A stretch of DNA of 64,000 bases, from NCBI GenBank assembly GCA_031414775.1, contig JANOQI010000054.1, positions 1 through 64,000 on the forward strand, given 5' to 3'. This document shows, one piece after another, positions 40,631 to 51,575 of this stretch (its first letter is position 1; every line of letters starts with the position of its first letter). The notes under the pieces are model-generated. The model did no database searches and was not told the DNA's origin. It worked only from the letters and a program-made list of their open reading frames with translations. The stretch is from Synechococcales cyanobacterium VAR_4_metabat_354. GTDB taxonomy: Bacteria > Cyanobacteriota > Cyanobacteriia > Cyanobacteriales > Chamaesiphonaceae. A program made the translations under genes and the position numbers.

Positions 40631-41764
40631 ATGAGTAGAGTTGGTATCGGCATCCGCACCGCCAATCAGCGGCAAGAAAGAGAAGCAGGACAAATTCATG
40701 TCTATGATGGAGCTGGTAAAGGCAAGTCCCAAGCCGCTCTAGGCGTAGTACTAAGATCCTTGGGACTGGGAATCGAGAGCGAGACTGACCATCGTATTTT
40801 ATTACTACAATTCCTGAAAGGTCCGGGGCGGGAATATGATGAAGATGCGGCCATTGCTGCTCTGCGCGGTGCTTTCCCGCACTTAATTGACCAAGTGCGA
40901 ACTGGTCGAGCAGAATACTTTGGCCAAGCCGACATTACCGAGTTCGATCGAGAAGAAGCCGCTCGCGCCTGGGACGTGGCCAAAGGAGCGATCGCCTCTG
41001 ATTTATATACCGTGATTGTTCTGGACGAGATGAACCCAGCCTTGGATTTGGGCTTATTGCCCATTGATGAAGTCGTCAGCACCCTAGCCAAGAAACCCCG
41101 CCACTTAGAAGTGATTGTGACTGGTCGGGATACTCCCGCCGCGCTCTTAGAGTTGTCTGATCTACATTCGGAGATGAAGCCCCATCATCATCCCGAAGCC
41201 AAAGAAAAAGGCATTGAAGGAATTGAAATTTATACCGGCGATGGCAAGGGAAAATCTACCAGCGCCTTGGGTAAAGCTTTGCAAGCGATCGGACGAGGCA
41301 TCAGTCAAGATCGCAGCCATCGGGTGCTGATTATGCAATGGCTGAAGGGTGGCAGCGGCTATACCGAAGATGCTGCCATTGCCGCCCTCAAGAAAAGCTA
41401 TCCTCAGCTAGTCGATCACCAACGTTGCGGTGGTGATTCGATCGTCTGGCGCGGTAAGCAGCAAGAGATTGACTTTATCGAAGCAGAACGCGGTTGGGAA
41501 ATTGCTAGCAGTGCCCTGGCATCTGGTCTCTACAAAACCATTATTATGGATGAGCTAAATCCCACCGTGGATTTAGACTTGTTAGCTCAGGAACCAATCG
41601 TTGAGGCATTACTGGCTAAACCAGCGCATACCGAGGTAATTATTACTGGTCGCTGCTACAACACACCAATTTACTTTAACTTGGCCAGTATTCACTCCGA
41701 GATGATCTGTCACAAGCATTACGCTAATAGTGGGGTGAACCTGCGGCGGGGCGTAGATTTTTAG
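40631..41764 (+). CDS. cobO: Cob(I)yrinic acid a,c-diamide adenosyltransferase, double-domain form
   Basis: Two repeats, each with GxGKGKS, Q(F/W)LKG, DE(M/L)NP and TGR. Confidence 0.92.
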   Translation: MSRVGIGIRTANQRQEREAGQIHVYDGAGKGKSQAALGVVLRSLGLGIESETDHRILLLQFLKGPGREYDEDAAIAALRGAFPHLIDQVRTGRAEYFGQADITEFDREEAARAWDVAKGAIASDLYTVIVLDEMNPALDLGLLPIDEVVSTLAKKPRHLEVIVTGRDTPAALLELSDLHSEMKPHHHPEAKEKGIEGIEIYTGDGKGKSTSALGKALQAIGRGISQDRSHRVLIMQWLKGGSGYTEDAAIAALKKSYPQLVDHQRCGGDSIVWRGKQQEIDFIEAERGWEIASSALASGLYKTIIMDELNPTVDLDLLAQEPIVEALLAKPAHTEVIITGRCYNTPIYFNLASIHSEMICHKHYANSGVNLRRGVDF

Positions 41765-41854
41765 CTAATTTGAGAAAATTAACACAAATCTGTGAATAAT
41801 AGCTATTAAGATATCAGTATGGGCTTTTGCCTTTAGTCATAGGAGAGTTATATC

Positions 41855-42064
41855 ATGTCAACGAAAACTTCAGTAAAAGATATTGCTAGTTTGACCGCAG
41901 CTGATGTCGAAATAATCGCTGCCAGACTAGAGGATGACAACTATGCTAGTCCTTTTGATGGCTTGGAAGATTGGCATTTGTTGCGGGCAGTCGCTTACCA
42001 ACAACCAGAGCTAGTCGAACCCTACATCCATTTGTTGGATGTGGAAGCTTACGACGAATCCTAA
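41855..42064 (+). CDS. Small conserved cyanobacterial protein (DUF2555-like)
   Basis: LEDDNYASPFDGLEDWHLLRA; AGGAG RBS; directly upstream of coaBC. Confidence 0.85.
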   Translation: MSTKTSVKDIASLTAADVEIIAARLEDDNYASPFDGLEDWHLLRAVAYQQPELVEPYIHLLDVEAYDES

Positions 42065-42067
42065 ATC

Positions 42068-43261
42068 ATGCGCCTACTGGTGGGCATTGGTGGTGGCATT
42101 GCTGCCTATAAAGTCTGTGGGGTCATTTCTACCCTCTTTCAGGAGGGCGTAGAAGTACGAGTCGTACTCACTACTGCTGCTCAGCAATTCATTACCCCGC
42201 TAACGGTGGCCACCCTCTCGCGGCAGCCCGCCTATACTGACGCTGATTTCTGGCAGCCCATTCACCACCGCCCTCTACATATTGAGTTAGGTGAATGGGC
42301 TGATTTGATCCTGATTGCGCCGCTGACGGCCAATACTTTGGGGAAGCTGGCCAATGGGCTGGCGGATAACTTGTTGACCAATATCGTGTTAGCCTCTGCC
42401 TGTCCGGTGTTACTAGCTCCAGCCATGAATACTGACATGTGGGAGCAGGTCGCCGTGCGCCGCAATTGGCAGCTACTGCAAGCAGATCAGCGCTATCACT
42501 GGTGCGATCCGGGAGCCGGTCTGTTGGCTTGCGATCGAGTGGGTCAAGGACGTTTGGCTGAACCAGCGATGATTATTAATCATGTTCGATCGATCTTCAT
42601 CACCCACGGCAAAAGAGATTTCGTTGGTCGCCATCTTTTGATCAGCACTGGCGGCACCCGCGAATTTCTTGATCCAGTGCGGTTTATTGGCAATCCGGCC
42701 ACGGGCAAAATGGGTTTGGCGCTAGCGCAAGCCGCTGCCCAGCGTGGTGCCCACGTAACATTGGTCTATGCTAATTTGCCAGAGCTACCCCAAGAATCTG
42801 GGATCACCGCCATTGCAGCGGTGAGCAGTGACTTAATGGCAGCAGAATTGTTTAAATATTTTCCTAGTGCCGATTTTACTTTCATGGCGGCGGCAGTGGC
42901 CGACGTGAAGCCAGCTAACTATGTTGACCGGAAGTTAGCCAAACAGGAATTATCGGATCATTTATCAGTGGTGGCCGTACAGGACATTGCCGCCACATTA
43001 GGTCAGCGCAAACAGCCCAGGCAAAAGCTGATTGGTTTTGCGGCGCAGACTGGAGATATTGTGACTCCGGCACAGGAAAAGTTAGTGCGCAAGAATTTGG
43101 ATGCGATCGTGGCTAATCCGATCAATCTCCCCAACTCCGGTTTTGGTAGCGATCAAAATCAAGCAGTGTGGATAGACAAGTATGGTCAGCAAGTAGAGAT
43201 TCCGACTTGCTCCAAGCTAGAAATGGCTCACTTACTATTGGATTTTGCACTAACGCTCTAA
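42068..43261 (+). CDS. coaBC: Bifunctional PPC decarboxylase/synthetase
   Basis: [40 protein letters not shown]. Confidence 0.96.
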   Translation: MRLLVGIGGGIAAYKVCGVISTLFQEGVEVRVVLTTAAQQFITPLTVATLSRQPAYTDADFWQPIHHRPLHIELGEWADLILIAPLTANTLGKLANGLADNLLTNIVLASACPVLLAPAMNTDMWEQVAVRRNWQLLQADQRYHWCDPGAGLLACDRVGQGRLAEPAMIINHVRSIFITHGKRDFVGRHLLISTGGTREFLDPVRFIGNPATGKMGLALAQAAAQRGAHVTLVYANLPELPQESGITAIAAVSSDLMAAELFKYFPSADFTFMAAAVADVKPANYVDRKLAKQELSDHLSVVAVQDIAATLGQRKQPRQKLIGFAAQTGDIVTPAQEKLVRKNLDAIVANPINLPNSGFGSDQNQAVWIDKYGQQVEIPTCSKLEMAHLLLDFALTL

Positions 43262-43398
43262 CAAAATATCTGCCATAGCACCTAAAATCAATTTTATACT
43301 TTTGACCACATAGTCCAATTCAAAAATGACTATGCCTTTCCACTAAATCGATGTTTGATTTGGCTACGTCAACTCGTAATGTTTCCGCAGGAAAATTT

Positions 43399-43521
43399 AT
43401 GGTCAGCAAATTTGTAGATTTGAGTTTGTTATTGGTCGCGATCGTTTGGGGATCTAGTTACAGCGTGGCCAAAGCGGCACTACTAGACATGCCAGTCCTA
43501 ACTTTTCTATTTACAGGATAA
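43399..43521 (+). pseudogene. Truncated EamA/DMT transporter (first 40 codons)
   Basis: Hand translation MVSKFVDLSLLLVAIVWGSSYSVAKAALLDMPVLTFLFTG* with the EamA TM1 WGSS motif. Confidence 0.75.
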
Positions 43522-43625
43522 CGCCAGTGGCAAAAATCGCCACAGAAATAATTGTCACGAGACGCAGTCCAGAAATTTCTGCAACAATCTATATCTATAT
43601 CAATCAGTTAAGTTACCGATCGATC

Positions 43626-44273
43626 ATGCAATTGTCTAACTTTTACACTTCATCAATTGGCCGCAAATTGATTATGGCCAGTACTGGCCTGTTCTTGATG
43701 GCCTTTCTGATTGTTCATTTGGGTCTCAACGCTACAATCTTGGCTGCCGATGGCAATGCTTTGTTCGATCAAACCGCCAATCTCCTGCGCCATAACTGGG
43801 GACTGCACCTTTTAGAAATATTGGTTTTCAGCGGTTTCGCCATCCATATTTGGCAGGGCGCGTCATTAACCATGCAAAACCGTGTCAAACGTAGCACTCC
43901 CTACGCCGTCAGTTCTGATTTTTCCTTCAACCCGGCGAGATTCATGGGCATTTTGGGCGCGATCATCCTGGCTTTTTTGCTACTGCACCTTTATCAATTT
44001 TGGCTCCCCAACCTGCTCGGCACCAACTCTGATGGTTTATCTCAACTGATGCGATCGACCCTCAGTCAAGGCTGGGTAGTCGCAATTTACGTCCTGGGTT
44101 GCTTGGCCGTTGCTGCCCACCTTTGGCACGGCTGGCGCAGCGCCGCCACTACCTTTGGTGTAGCCGATAAATACCTGCAACTTCTCTCCACCGTTGGCAT
44201 TAGCTTCGCCCTCGCCGTCCCACTAGGTCTAGCGGCCATCCCGATTGTCCTCTTCATCAGCGCCCATGCTTAA
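43626..44273 (+). CDS. sdhC: Succinate dehydrogenase cytochrome b558 subunit (type B)
   Basis: [13 protein letters not shown], about 5 TMs with His residues in IVH, IHI, LHL and HLWHG. Confidence 0.92.
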   Translation: MQLSNFYTSSIGRKLIMASTGLFLMAFLIVHLGLNATILAADGNALFDQTANLLRHNWGLHLLEILVFSGFAIHIWQGASLTMQNRVKRSTPYAVSSDFSFNPARFMGILGAIILAFLLLHLYQFWLPNLLGTNSDGLSQLMRSTLSQGWVVAIYVLGCLAVAAHLWHGWRSAATTFGVADKYLQLLSTVGISFALAVPLGLAAIPIVLFISAHA

Positions 44274-46188
44274 CTCCAAAATTCCTGCTGTTCCGCTCGC
44301 TCAGCAGTGGTCAACTTACCAAGAAACTGCTCGTTTAATTAGCCCCAACAATAAGCGGCAGCTAGAAGTCATCGTTATTGGTACCGGCCTAGCTGGTGCG
44401 GCCGCCGCCGCCACCTTAGCCGAACAAGGCTACCGGGTCAAAGCTTTTTGTTTTCAGGATTCACCCCGCCGCGCCCACAGTATTGCCGCCCAAGGGGGTA
44501 TCAATGCCGCTAAAAACTATCAAAATGATGGAGATTCGGTGCAGCGGCTTTTTTACGACACCATCAAGGGTGGGGACTATCGATCACGTGAAGCCAATGT
44601 CTATCGACTGGCCACGGTTAGCACCAAAATCATCGATCATTGCGTCGCTCAAGGCGTGCCTTTTGCGCGAGAATATGGCGGATTGCTCAGTAATCGCTCC
44701 TTTGGCGGCACCCAAGTACAGCGCACTTTCTATGCTGCTGGCCAAACTGGTCAACAACTTTTATTGGGTGCTTATCAAGCCCTGGAAAGGCAGATCGCAC
44801 TGGGTAATGTAGTGATGAATACCCGCCATGAAATGCTGGAAATTGTCCAGATTGAGGGTAAAGCACGAGGGATTATTGCCCGTAATTTAGTAACTGGCGA
44901 GTTAGAAAGACATTTTGGTCACGCTGTTTTGCTCTGTTCTGGTGGCTACAGCAACGTCTTTTACCTTTCCACCAACGCGATGGGCAGCAATGTCAGCGCC
45001 ACTTGGAAAGCCCACAAGCAAGGTGCTTTGTTTGCCAATCCTTGCTTCACTCAAATCCATCCCACCTGTATTCCTGTCGCTGGCGAATATCAATCGAAGC
45101 TCACCCTGATGTCGGAGAGTTTGCGTAACGATGGCCGAATTTGGGTACCGAAAAATAAAGACGATCAACGACCTACCGCCGACATCCCAGAAGCAGAACG
45201 GGATTACTTTTTAGAGCGGCGCTATCCGGCTTTTGGTAATTTGGTGCCCCGCGATATTGCTTCACGGGCAGTCAAGGAAGTCTGTGACGCGGGCTATGGT
45301 GTCGGCAGCTCCCAACGGGCGGTGTATCTAGATTACGCTGACGCTCTCCAGCGCGATGGCCGCGAGGTGCTGCAAAATAAGTACGGCAACTTGTTTGCGA
45401 TGTACACCCAAATCACCGGCGAAGACCCCTATACAGTGCCGATGCGGATTTATCCGGCGGTACATTATACGATGGGAGGCTTATGGGTGGACTACGAATT
45501 GATGACCACTATTCCTGGCCTGTATTGTTTGGGTGAAGCTAATTTTAGCGAACATGGTGCTAATCGTCTGGGGGCTTCAGCTTTGATGCAGGGTTTAGCC
45601 GATGGTTATTTTGTAATTCCGGCGACGATTAGTAATTATTTGGCTAACGACTTAGCTAATGATCGAGGCACTACAAAACTATCGATCGAACATTCATCTT
45701 TTACTCAAGCCGAGAAAATGGTAAGAGAAAAGCTCGATCGATTGATCCAGATTCAGGGTAGCCAAACCGTCACTAGTTTCCATCAACGCTTAGGAAAAAT
45801 CTTGTGGGCGCACTGTGGCATTGTTCGCAATGCCGCCGGGTTAAAGACAGCGATTCAAGAAATTCAAGCACTGCAAGTGGAGTTCTGGCGGGATGTCAAA
45901 ATTCCTGGCACCGTCAACGCTCTCAACCCTGAACTAGACCAAGCCCAGCGCGTTGCTGATTTCTTGGAGCTAGGGGAGTTGATGTGTATAGATGCCCTGC
46001 ACCGGGAAGAAAGCTGCGGCTGTCATTTCCGCGAGGAGTCCCAAACCGAGATGGGCGAAGCCCTGCGCCATGACGAAGAATATGCCCATGTGGCTGCCTG
46101 GGAATATCAGCAAGACCATCAATGGCAATTTCATGCAGAAGCGTTAAAATTCGATCTGGCCAAGTTTAGCCAGCGTTCTTATAAATGA
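44266..46188 (+). CDS. sdhA: Succinate dehydrogenase flavoprotein
   Basis: [44 protein letters not shown]; start moved to ATG 44266. Confidence 0.96.
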   Translation: MLNSKIPAVPLAQQWSTYQETARLISPNNKRQLEVIVIGTGLAGAAAAATLAEQGYRVKAFCFQDSPRRAHSIAAQGGINAAKNYQNDGDSVQRLFYDTIKGGDYRSREANVYRLATVSTKIIDHCVAQGVPFAREYGGLLSNRSFGGTQVQRTFYAAGQTGQQLLLGAYQALERQIALGNVVMNTRHEMLEIVQIEGKARGIIARNLVTGELERHFGHAVLLCSGGYSNVFYLSTNAMGSNVSATWKAHKQGALFANPCFTQIHPTCIPVAGEYQSKLTLMSESLRNDGRIWVPKNKDDQRPTADIPEAERDYFLERRYPAFGNLVPRDIASRAVKEVCDAGYGVGSSQRAVYLDYADALQRDGREVLQNKYGNLFAMYTQITGEDPYTVPMRIYPAVHYTMGGLWVDYELMTTIPGLYCLGEANFSEHGANRLGASALMQGLADGYFVIPATISNYLANDLANDRGTTKLSIEHSSFTQAEKMVREKLDRLIQIQGSQTVTSFHQRLGKILWAHCGIVRNAAGLKTAIQEIQALQVEFWRDVKIPGTVNALNPELDQAQRVADFLELGELMCIDALHREESCGCHFREESQTEMGEALRHDEEYAHVAAWEYQQDHQWQFHAEALKFDLAKFSQRSYK

Positions 46189-46919
46189 AACTCACTCTCA
46201 AAATTTGGCGACAGGTTGATGCCCAAGCTCTAGGTAAATTCATTACTTACCCACTCACTGCTGTCTCCCCTGATATGTCTTTTTTGGAGACGATCGATCT
46301 CCTCAATCAAAACCTAATTTTGGCAGGCGAAGAACCAATCGCCTTCGACCACGATTGCCGGGAGGGGATTTGTGGTTCCTGCGCCATGTATATCAATGGT
46401 CGTCCTCATGGTGCCGACCAAGGCAGTACCACTTGTCAGCTGTACATGCGATCGTACCAAGATGGCGATACCATTACGATCGAACCCTGGCGATCGAATG
46501 CTTTTCCGGTGATTAAAGACTTGATGGTGGATCGGTCGGCGTTCGATCGAATCATTCAAGCTGGGGGTTATATTTCGGTCAATACTGGCAATGCGGTGGA
46601 TGCGAATTCTACGCTGATCGGCAAGGAGCAGGCCGATGCAGCTTTTGCCGATGCGATGTGTATTGGTTGCGGGGCTTGTGTGGCGGCTTGCAAGAATAGT
46701 TCAGCGATGTTGTTTGTGGCGGCGAAGGTCTCACATTTGGCTAGCTTGCCGCAGGGACAACCGGAGCGGCAACGGCGGGTGGTAAATATGGTGGCACAGA
46801 TGGACAAGGAGAGATTTGGTTCTTGTACGAATACGGGGACTTGTGCGGCGGTTTGTCCGAAGGAGATTTCTTTGAGTGCGATCGGGCAGTTAAATCGGGA
46901 GTATCGACAGGCTCTGTAA
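46185..46919 (+). CDS. sdhB: Succinate dehydrogenase iron-sulfur subunit
   Basis: [32 protein letters not shown]. Confidence 0.96.
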   Translation: MKLTLKIWRQVDAQALGKFITYPLTAVSPDMSFLETIDLLNQNLILAGEEPIAFDHDCREGICGSCAMYINGRPHGADQGSTTCQLYMRSYQDGDTITIEPWRSNAFPVIKDLMVDRSAFDRIIQAGGYISVNTGNAVDANSTLIGKEQADAAFADAMCIGCGACVAACKNSSAMLFVAAKVSHLASLPQGQPERQRRVVNMVAQMDKERFGSCTNTGTCAAVCPKEISLSAIGQLNREYRQAL

Positions 46920-47083
46920 AGGAAAACCTCGTTTCGTGGATTCGGCGATCGCTTCAGACTTGCGCAAATTTCTTAAAAGACTGCCTAAGATTAGAGGAAA
47001 GCAATCGCAGAGGAGCCTGACTATAATAGAAGCATGGGTGAGTTCAATTTACTAATTCATTCGCGGATATCAGGAGGGTTACA

Positions 47084-47782
47084 ATGTTAACCAACGTTGT
47101 TCCGATGGGCTGGCTTTGGGAAATAGCCCAACAATGTAGAGTAGACCTCAGGTCTCATGTTTTTTATCAATCTGTTTCCAATGCTTCGAGTGCAAAAGAT
47201 CTTTTCTGGATTCGGCAACTCTACCATCTTTCAGCTGAGTTTACTGCGGCAACGGCTCTACGCTATGGCAAATGCGATGACCCACGTTTTCGGGATGCTT
47301 TTGCTGAACATGCTGCGGAAGAAGTTGGACACCCAGCACTATTAGCCCAATGGATGCGAGAGTTCGGCTTGCTCAAGCCTGATGAGTTGCCGACTTCAGT
47401 CCCACCAAATTTAGCAACATTGGCTTTGGGTTCTTATTTTATCCGATCAGTCATTCGGGAGCCACTTGCACACCAAATTATTACCCTTAACTTGATGACC
47501 GAAAGCGTTGCAGTAGATTTTTACGCCCAGATTAACCCTAAACTTGCTGAACTGGGATTAACACCTAAAGGATACTGGCTAGTTCATCAGGAAGCTGATA
47601 TGCATCATCAAGTTTTAGGGTTAGATCTCATTCCACAGTGTACAAAGGATTCTCCTATGGGATCGGACTATCTCCGAACAGTCCATGAAGTTACACAGCT
47701 TTGGCAGCGGGTATTTGACTCCTGGCATCAATTGATTCAATGTCCAGCCCAGTTCAGTCCCACTGGTTCATTCCTATTGTAG
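47084..47782 (+). CDS. Heme-oxygenase-like diiron (CADD/PqqC/TenA-fold) redox enzyme
   Basis: EEVGH, a central Glu (TES) and HQEADMHH (H-x3-D-x2-H) ligand pattern; AGGAGG RBS. Confidence 0.8.
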   Translation: MLTNVVPMGWLWEIAQQCRVDLRSHVFYQSVSNASSAKDLFWIRQLYHLSAEFTAATALRYGKCDDPRFRDAFAEHAAEEVGHPALLAQWMREFGLLKPDELPTSVPPNLATLALGSYFIRSVIREPLAHQIITLNLMTESVAVDFYAQINPKLAELGLTPKGYWLVHQEADMHHQVLGLDLIPQCTKDSPMGSDYLRTVHEVTQLWQRVFDSWHQLIQCPAQFSPTGSFLL

Positions 47783-47790
47783 GAGTTTGG

Positions 47791-48702
47791 ATGAAGAATA
47801 ACATAAAGTTCATTTGGATCATATTACTTATTACTGCTGAATTACTCGGAATTCGGATGAGGAGTGATGCACAGACTGTTTCTCAGAATCCCCAAACTTT
47901 AGGAACAACAGAGTTTGTTCGTACCCGCTGCTCTACGGATGGGAGGAATACATACATCGAATGGAGTGGTGCTGTCTACGCATTTGTGCCGCAGGAAAAA
48001 CAACAAAAATTATTTAATGTTGTAGGTATGAATGTTGCTCGTTGTTTCCAGAATCAGCGAAAACAATGGGTTTTGACTTCTCGCGAACTCAACTTCTACT
48101 TAGACCCGTTGACTAACCGAATGCTGAATCGTTGGCAAAATCCGTGGACAGGGGAAAAGGTGCCCGTTGTTCATGTAGCAAATAATCCAGTCCAAAACAG
48201 TTTCAATGGAAAATATCCTGTGTCCAGGGATGGTGATCAAGTTACTTTTTCCTTAGATATTCCTCTCTTCTATCCCAATATCTTAGCCAGTGATCCAAAG
48301 TTTCAGGACTACAGCTCAGATCCACTTTATCAAGCGGGAGAGTTTTTTAAATTTACCGTTTCTATGCAAGAAATAGCCAACGCCTCTTCTGTCACGGCCA
48401 CTTATATGTCGGGTACTTGGAACCGTATCGGTCCTTGGTTGCCTTGGATGAAGATGAAGGGAAAACTAGGACAACTAGTTTATAGTGCAACTATACATAA
48501 GCGGCTAAGTTTTGACGAGCTCTCTCCCTTGCTAAAACAAGAGATTACTTCACGATTACCCCTATATCGGGAAGCTCCATCTTGCTTTCTTGCGGTAAGG
48601 AATGAAACGTCGTGGATTTACTTTCAAAAACATTTTGACGATTATTTGAAAGGAACACGATTCCCTCTCTCTGAAACAGAAAGCAAGCTACCTTGTAAGT
48701 AA
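47791..48702 (+). CDS. Exported DUF1838-like protein
   Basis: Signal peptide, WSGAVYAFVP, GMNVARC, SRELNFYLDP, WQNPWTGE, ANNPV, YQAGEFF, GPWLPWMKM. Confidence 0.8.
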   Translation: MKNNIKFIWIILLITAELLGIRMRSDAQTVSQNPQTLGTTEFVRTRCSTDGRNTYIEWSGAVYAFVPQEKQQKLFNVVGMNVARCFQNQRKQWVLTSRELNFYLDPLTNRMLNRWQNPWTGEKVPVVHVANNPVQNSFNGKYPVSRDGDQVTFSLDIPLFYPNILASDPKFQDYSSDPLYQAGEFFKFTVSMQEIANASSVTATYMSGTWNRIGPWLPWMKMKGKLGQLVYSATIHKRLSFDELSPLLKQEITSRLPLYREAPSCFLAVRNETSWIYFQKHFDDYLKGTRFPLSETESKLPCK

Positions 48703-48720
48703 CCTAATTCCAAAACTATA

Positions 48721-48759
48721 ACAAAGTGAACTACTGCCATTGGCAATAGCCCACTTTGT
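48721..48759. terminator. Stem-loop between convergent genes
   Basis: ACAAAGTG..CTAcTGCCA-t-TGGCAaTAG..CACTTTGT imperfect hairpin. Confidence 0.6.
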
Positions 48760-48776
48760 CTAAAAAACAGCTAAAT

Positions 48777-50168
48777 CTAGGAAGCCTTGAACCTTTTCAC
48801 GCTGGAGTACAAATTCCCCAAAATAGTCGCACAGTTCGGTGCTGGTAATCCAAAAGCATGCTGATGCAAGAGTTGAAGATACAAACAACTTAACTGATGC
48901 GCCACCCCAGCCCAGCTGAAGTTCTCTCGTACCCTTCGCGCAGCCTTCTTGCGTGCTTTTTGTGCCCACACTTCATCAACCAAAGTCCGTTCGATCGCCT
49001 TGGCAAAAGCATCCACATCCTGCGGTGGTACCAATAATCCAGTTTCTTCTGATACCACCGTAAACTGTAAACCACCGACATCGGAAGCAACCACTGGTGT
49101 ACCACAAGCCATCGCTTCGATCGCCACCAAACCAAACGGTTCGTAGTGACTCGGTACCACACACACATCAGCAGCAGCGTAGTACAGCGGCAATCGATCG
49201 TGACCGACCATCCCCACAAAATTTACTTGCGCCGTGATTCCCAGCTCGGTAACCAAATCCTCAATTCGCTGACGTTCTAAACCATCCGCCTGATTCGGAT
49301 CACTACCACCCACAATCAGTAGACTCAACTTATCCATATCCAGATTGGAAGTCTCTCGACCATCATAAATTTGGGCGATGGCGCGCACTAAAGTCTCGAT
49401 GCCTTTTCGTTGGTCAAATCGACCGACATACATCACCGTCTTGTGCTCGGTGGGTAGACCTAACTGTCGTCGAGCTTCAGGCTTAGCCAACACCTGAAAA
49501 TTATCAATATCGGTACCGCAAGGAATAATTTGAGTATTGCCCTGAGTCGAAACAAAAGACTGCAAATCAGCCTGTTCTTGAGGACTAGTAGCCACCACAC
49601 AGTCAAAAGATTCTAAAATTTCACGTTCGATCGATAGTCGTTGCTCAGCAATTGGTGGAATATCCGAAACCGATTGGTACTTCACCGCACCCAGCGAATG
49701 ATAGGTATGCACCAACTGCGTTGGGTAATAATGCTTCAGCTGCATTCCCACCCAGCCACTCATCCAGTAGTGCGTATGCACCAATTGATAGCTAATATCA
49801 TTCGCTAATTGGAACTGCAACATCGCATCTACAAAAGCTGGCATGTGCTCCATCAGCTCATCTCTAGAAACATATTCCAAAGGACCAGCCGTCAATCGAA
49901 TGGTACGGCAGTATTCACTATGTTGCACGATTTCAGCATCATCAGCACTAGCTCTGCGCGTGAACATATCCACTTGCCAACCCAGCTCGGCTAAAGATTC
50001 ACCCACTTGACGGACATAAACGTTTTGACCACCAGCAGCGTCCTTCCCGATTTCTGCGGCTGGGTCGCCATGCTCTGAAATTAATGCAATGCAGGGACGC
50101 TCACGACTAGCCGTCGCGAAACCGGAAGCAGTTTTAAACTTATTTGGTTTACTCATAACAGATGACAT
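48777..50168 (-). CDS. Sucrose-phosphate-synthase-like GT4 (glucosyltransferase domain only)
   Basis: ISEHGDP, GGQNVYV, HTHYWMSG, HTYHSLG, VGRFDQRKG, PSHYEPFGLVAIE; start reassigned to 50168. Confidence 0.85.
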   Translation of the reverse strand: MSSVMSKPNKFKTASGFATASRERPCIALISEHGDPAAEIGKDAAGGQNVYVRQVGESLAELGWQVDMFTRRASADDAEIVQHSEYCRTIRLTAGPLEYVSRDELMEHMPAFVDAMLQFQLANDISYQLVHTHYWMSGWVGMQLKHYYPTQLVHTYHSLGAVKYQSVSDIPPIAEQRLSIEREILESFDCVVATSPQEQADLQSFVSTQGNTQIIPCGTDIDNFQVLAKPEARRQLGLPTEHKTVMYVGRFDQRKGIETLVRAIAQIYDGRETSNLDMDKLSLLIVGGSDPNQADGLERQRIEDLVTELGITAQVNFVGMVGHDRLPLYYAAADVCVVPSHYEPFGLVAIEAMACGTPVVASDVGGLQFTVVSEETGLLVPPQDVDAFAKAIERTLVDEVWAQKARKKAARRVRENFSWAGVAHQLSCLYLQLLHQHAFGLPAPNCATILGNLYSSVKRFKAS

Positions 50169-50199
50169 ACTTAACACCTCTGGAAAATCGTGGGGAATT

Positions 50200-50494
50200 G
50201 TGGTTCTCTCGCACCATGTATATGGAAAAATCAAGAACTCAAATTGAACCTAAATCGGAACATTTCGTAGTTTGACTAAAAATTTGTGACAGCGGCCACC
50301 GCCGTGAAAAATATTGAAAGTAAGATACACAGTGCGCATTTAGCTCGGCATTGGCAAAGTAGTCTCTAGAATCAAGACAAATCGACTATGTGACCTCTGG
50401 TCACTAATTCATCAGTCAACAAGCTGCCTATTAATTTCATTCCGCTGGAGTGCGAAATATTTTCCTGCCGCTGGGCAACCTGGGCAATTCTCAT
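50200..50494 (-). pseudogene. Decayed GT4 glycosyltransferase gene, 5' part
   Basis: AAGGAG RBS, then MRIAQVAQRQ...SLLTDELVTRGHIVDLS* (50494-50372). Further weak traces in shifted frames; 3' limit approximate. Confidence 0.75.
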
Positions 50495-51047
50495 CACTTT
50501 TCTCCTTAGTATCAACTAGATGCGAGTATTATGTGCTGTCAAATTGTCAACGTGCTTAGACTATCAAGCATTTATTTAGTCACTATCCAAAGTGAACAGT
50601 TAATGCTCAAAAGTATTAAGGTTAATGGGATCTAGCGATTTGGGTAACTAACAGGTTGAATAGTAAATATTGGAGTAGTCACTAGCTAATCATTTCGTGC
50701 GGTCACATACAAAGATTTCCCTCCTGACTGTCAATGTTTGTACTGTTTGCCTGCCCTGTAACCAATTATATCGCGTTGCTGTAATTTTCTCTCATAATTC
50801 TAACATTTTTTTGTATTTCAGCTGTAATCTTTTATCAAGCATTGAACTGTATTTAGAGATAAACTTGCTGAAACTGTCTTCTAGAGAGCAATTGAACTGT
50901 TGTATTTATTAGTTGGTAGCCCCTGAATATCTTGTGAACAACAGTATTTTTTATCGGAATTTATTACCAGCTAAAAACAATTAATTCAAAAAATGGAGAG
51001 TGAACATTGTGTGAATCTGGCCACAAAGTAGTGACAATCAGTGTTTA

Positions 51048-51575
51048 CTATCTTGAAGGTTTAACTCCTAAACTATCTTGATTTGCTACTTGCCACTGTA
51101 CGACACAGCGTTGATTGGTAGGATTATGAGAACAGGTATAAGCAACAATTGGCCTCTGTTCGGAAAAACGCAGATTAAAAATTCGCACATTAAAACCATG
51201 CTTGCGGGCAGCAGTGCCCCATCTATTGATGAGCTGATAACGCTCGGGATAGTCTAAAATATTCCAAAACTGCGGATTAACCACCACGTCAATATATTTT
51301 TTCTGGGGATAAGCCAACCAATTAAGCACTAATTTGTTAGGCAGTTGTTCTTTTGTCCACCACAGGCTAGGAGAATTGATTTGACGAGGAGAAAGCTTAT
51401 CAGCTGTAATTACATCTGGTCGCGAACGCGCCAATTTGGGATTAGTCAATAGTTTTACTTCTAAGGGACTATTGGTATAACTTAGGGCAGCATATTGAGG
51501 GATCGCCTGTCCCGGTTGATTAATGACTAACCCACTAGCAATCAACATAAAACCACACCACAGCTGTTTTTTCAT
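51048..51575 (-). CDS. Conserved exported cyanobacterial hypothetical protein
   Basis: Signal-peptide-like start, PSLWW, NWLAYP, VVVNPQFW, LDYPERY. Confidence 0.8.
   Translation of the reverse strand: MKKQLWCGFMLIASGLVINQPGQAIPQYAALSYTNSPLEVKLLTNPKLARSRPDVITADKLSPRQINSPSLWWTKEQLPNKLVLNWLAYPQKKYIDVVVNPQFWNILDYPERYQLINRWGTAARKHGFNVRIFNLRFSEQRPIVAYTCSHNPTNQRCVVQWQVANQDSLGVKPSR

Noticed and set aside
46823..47020. 65-aa ORF overlapping the sdhB 3' end
   Set aside because: Alternative frame of sdhB with a non-ATG start and no motif
50389..50405. GTGACC-tct-GGTCAC palindrome as a regulator site
   Set aside because: Falls in the VTRGH codons of the GT4 pseudogene, and the spacing does not fit CRP
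50697..50912. 71-aa ORF in the AT-rich spacer
   Set aside because: GTG start without RBS and composition typical of non-coding AT-rich DNA
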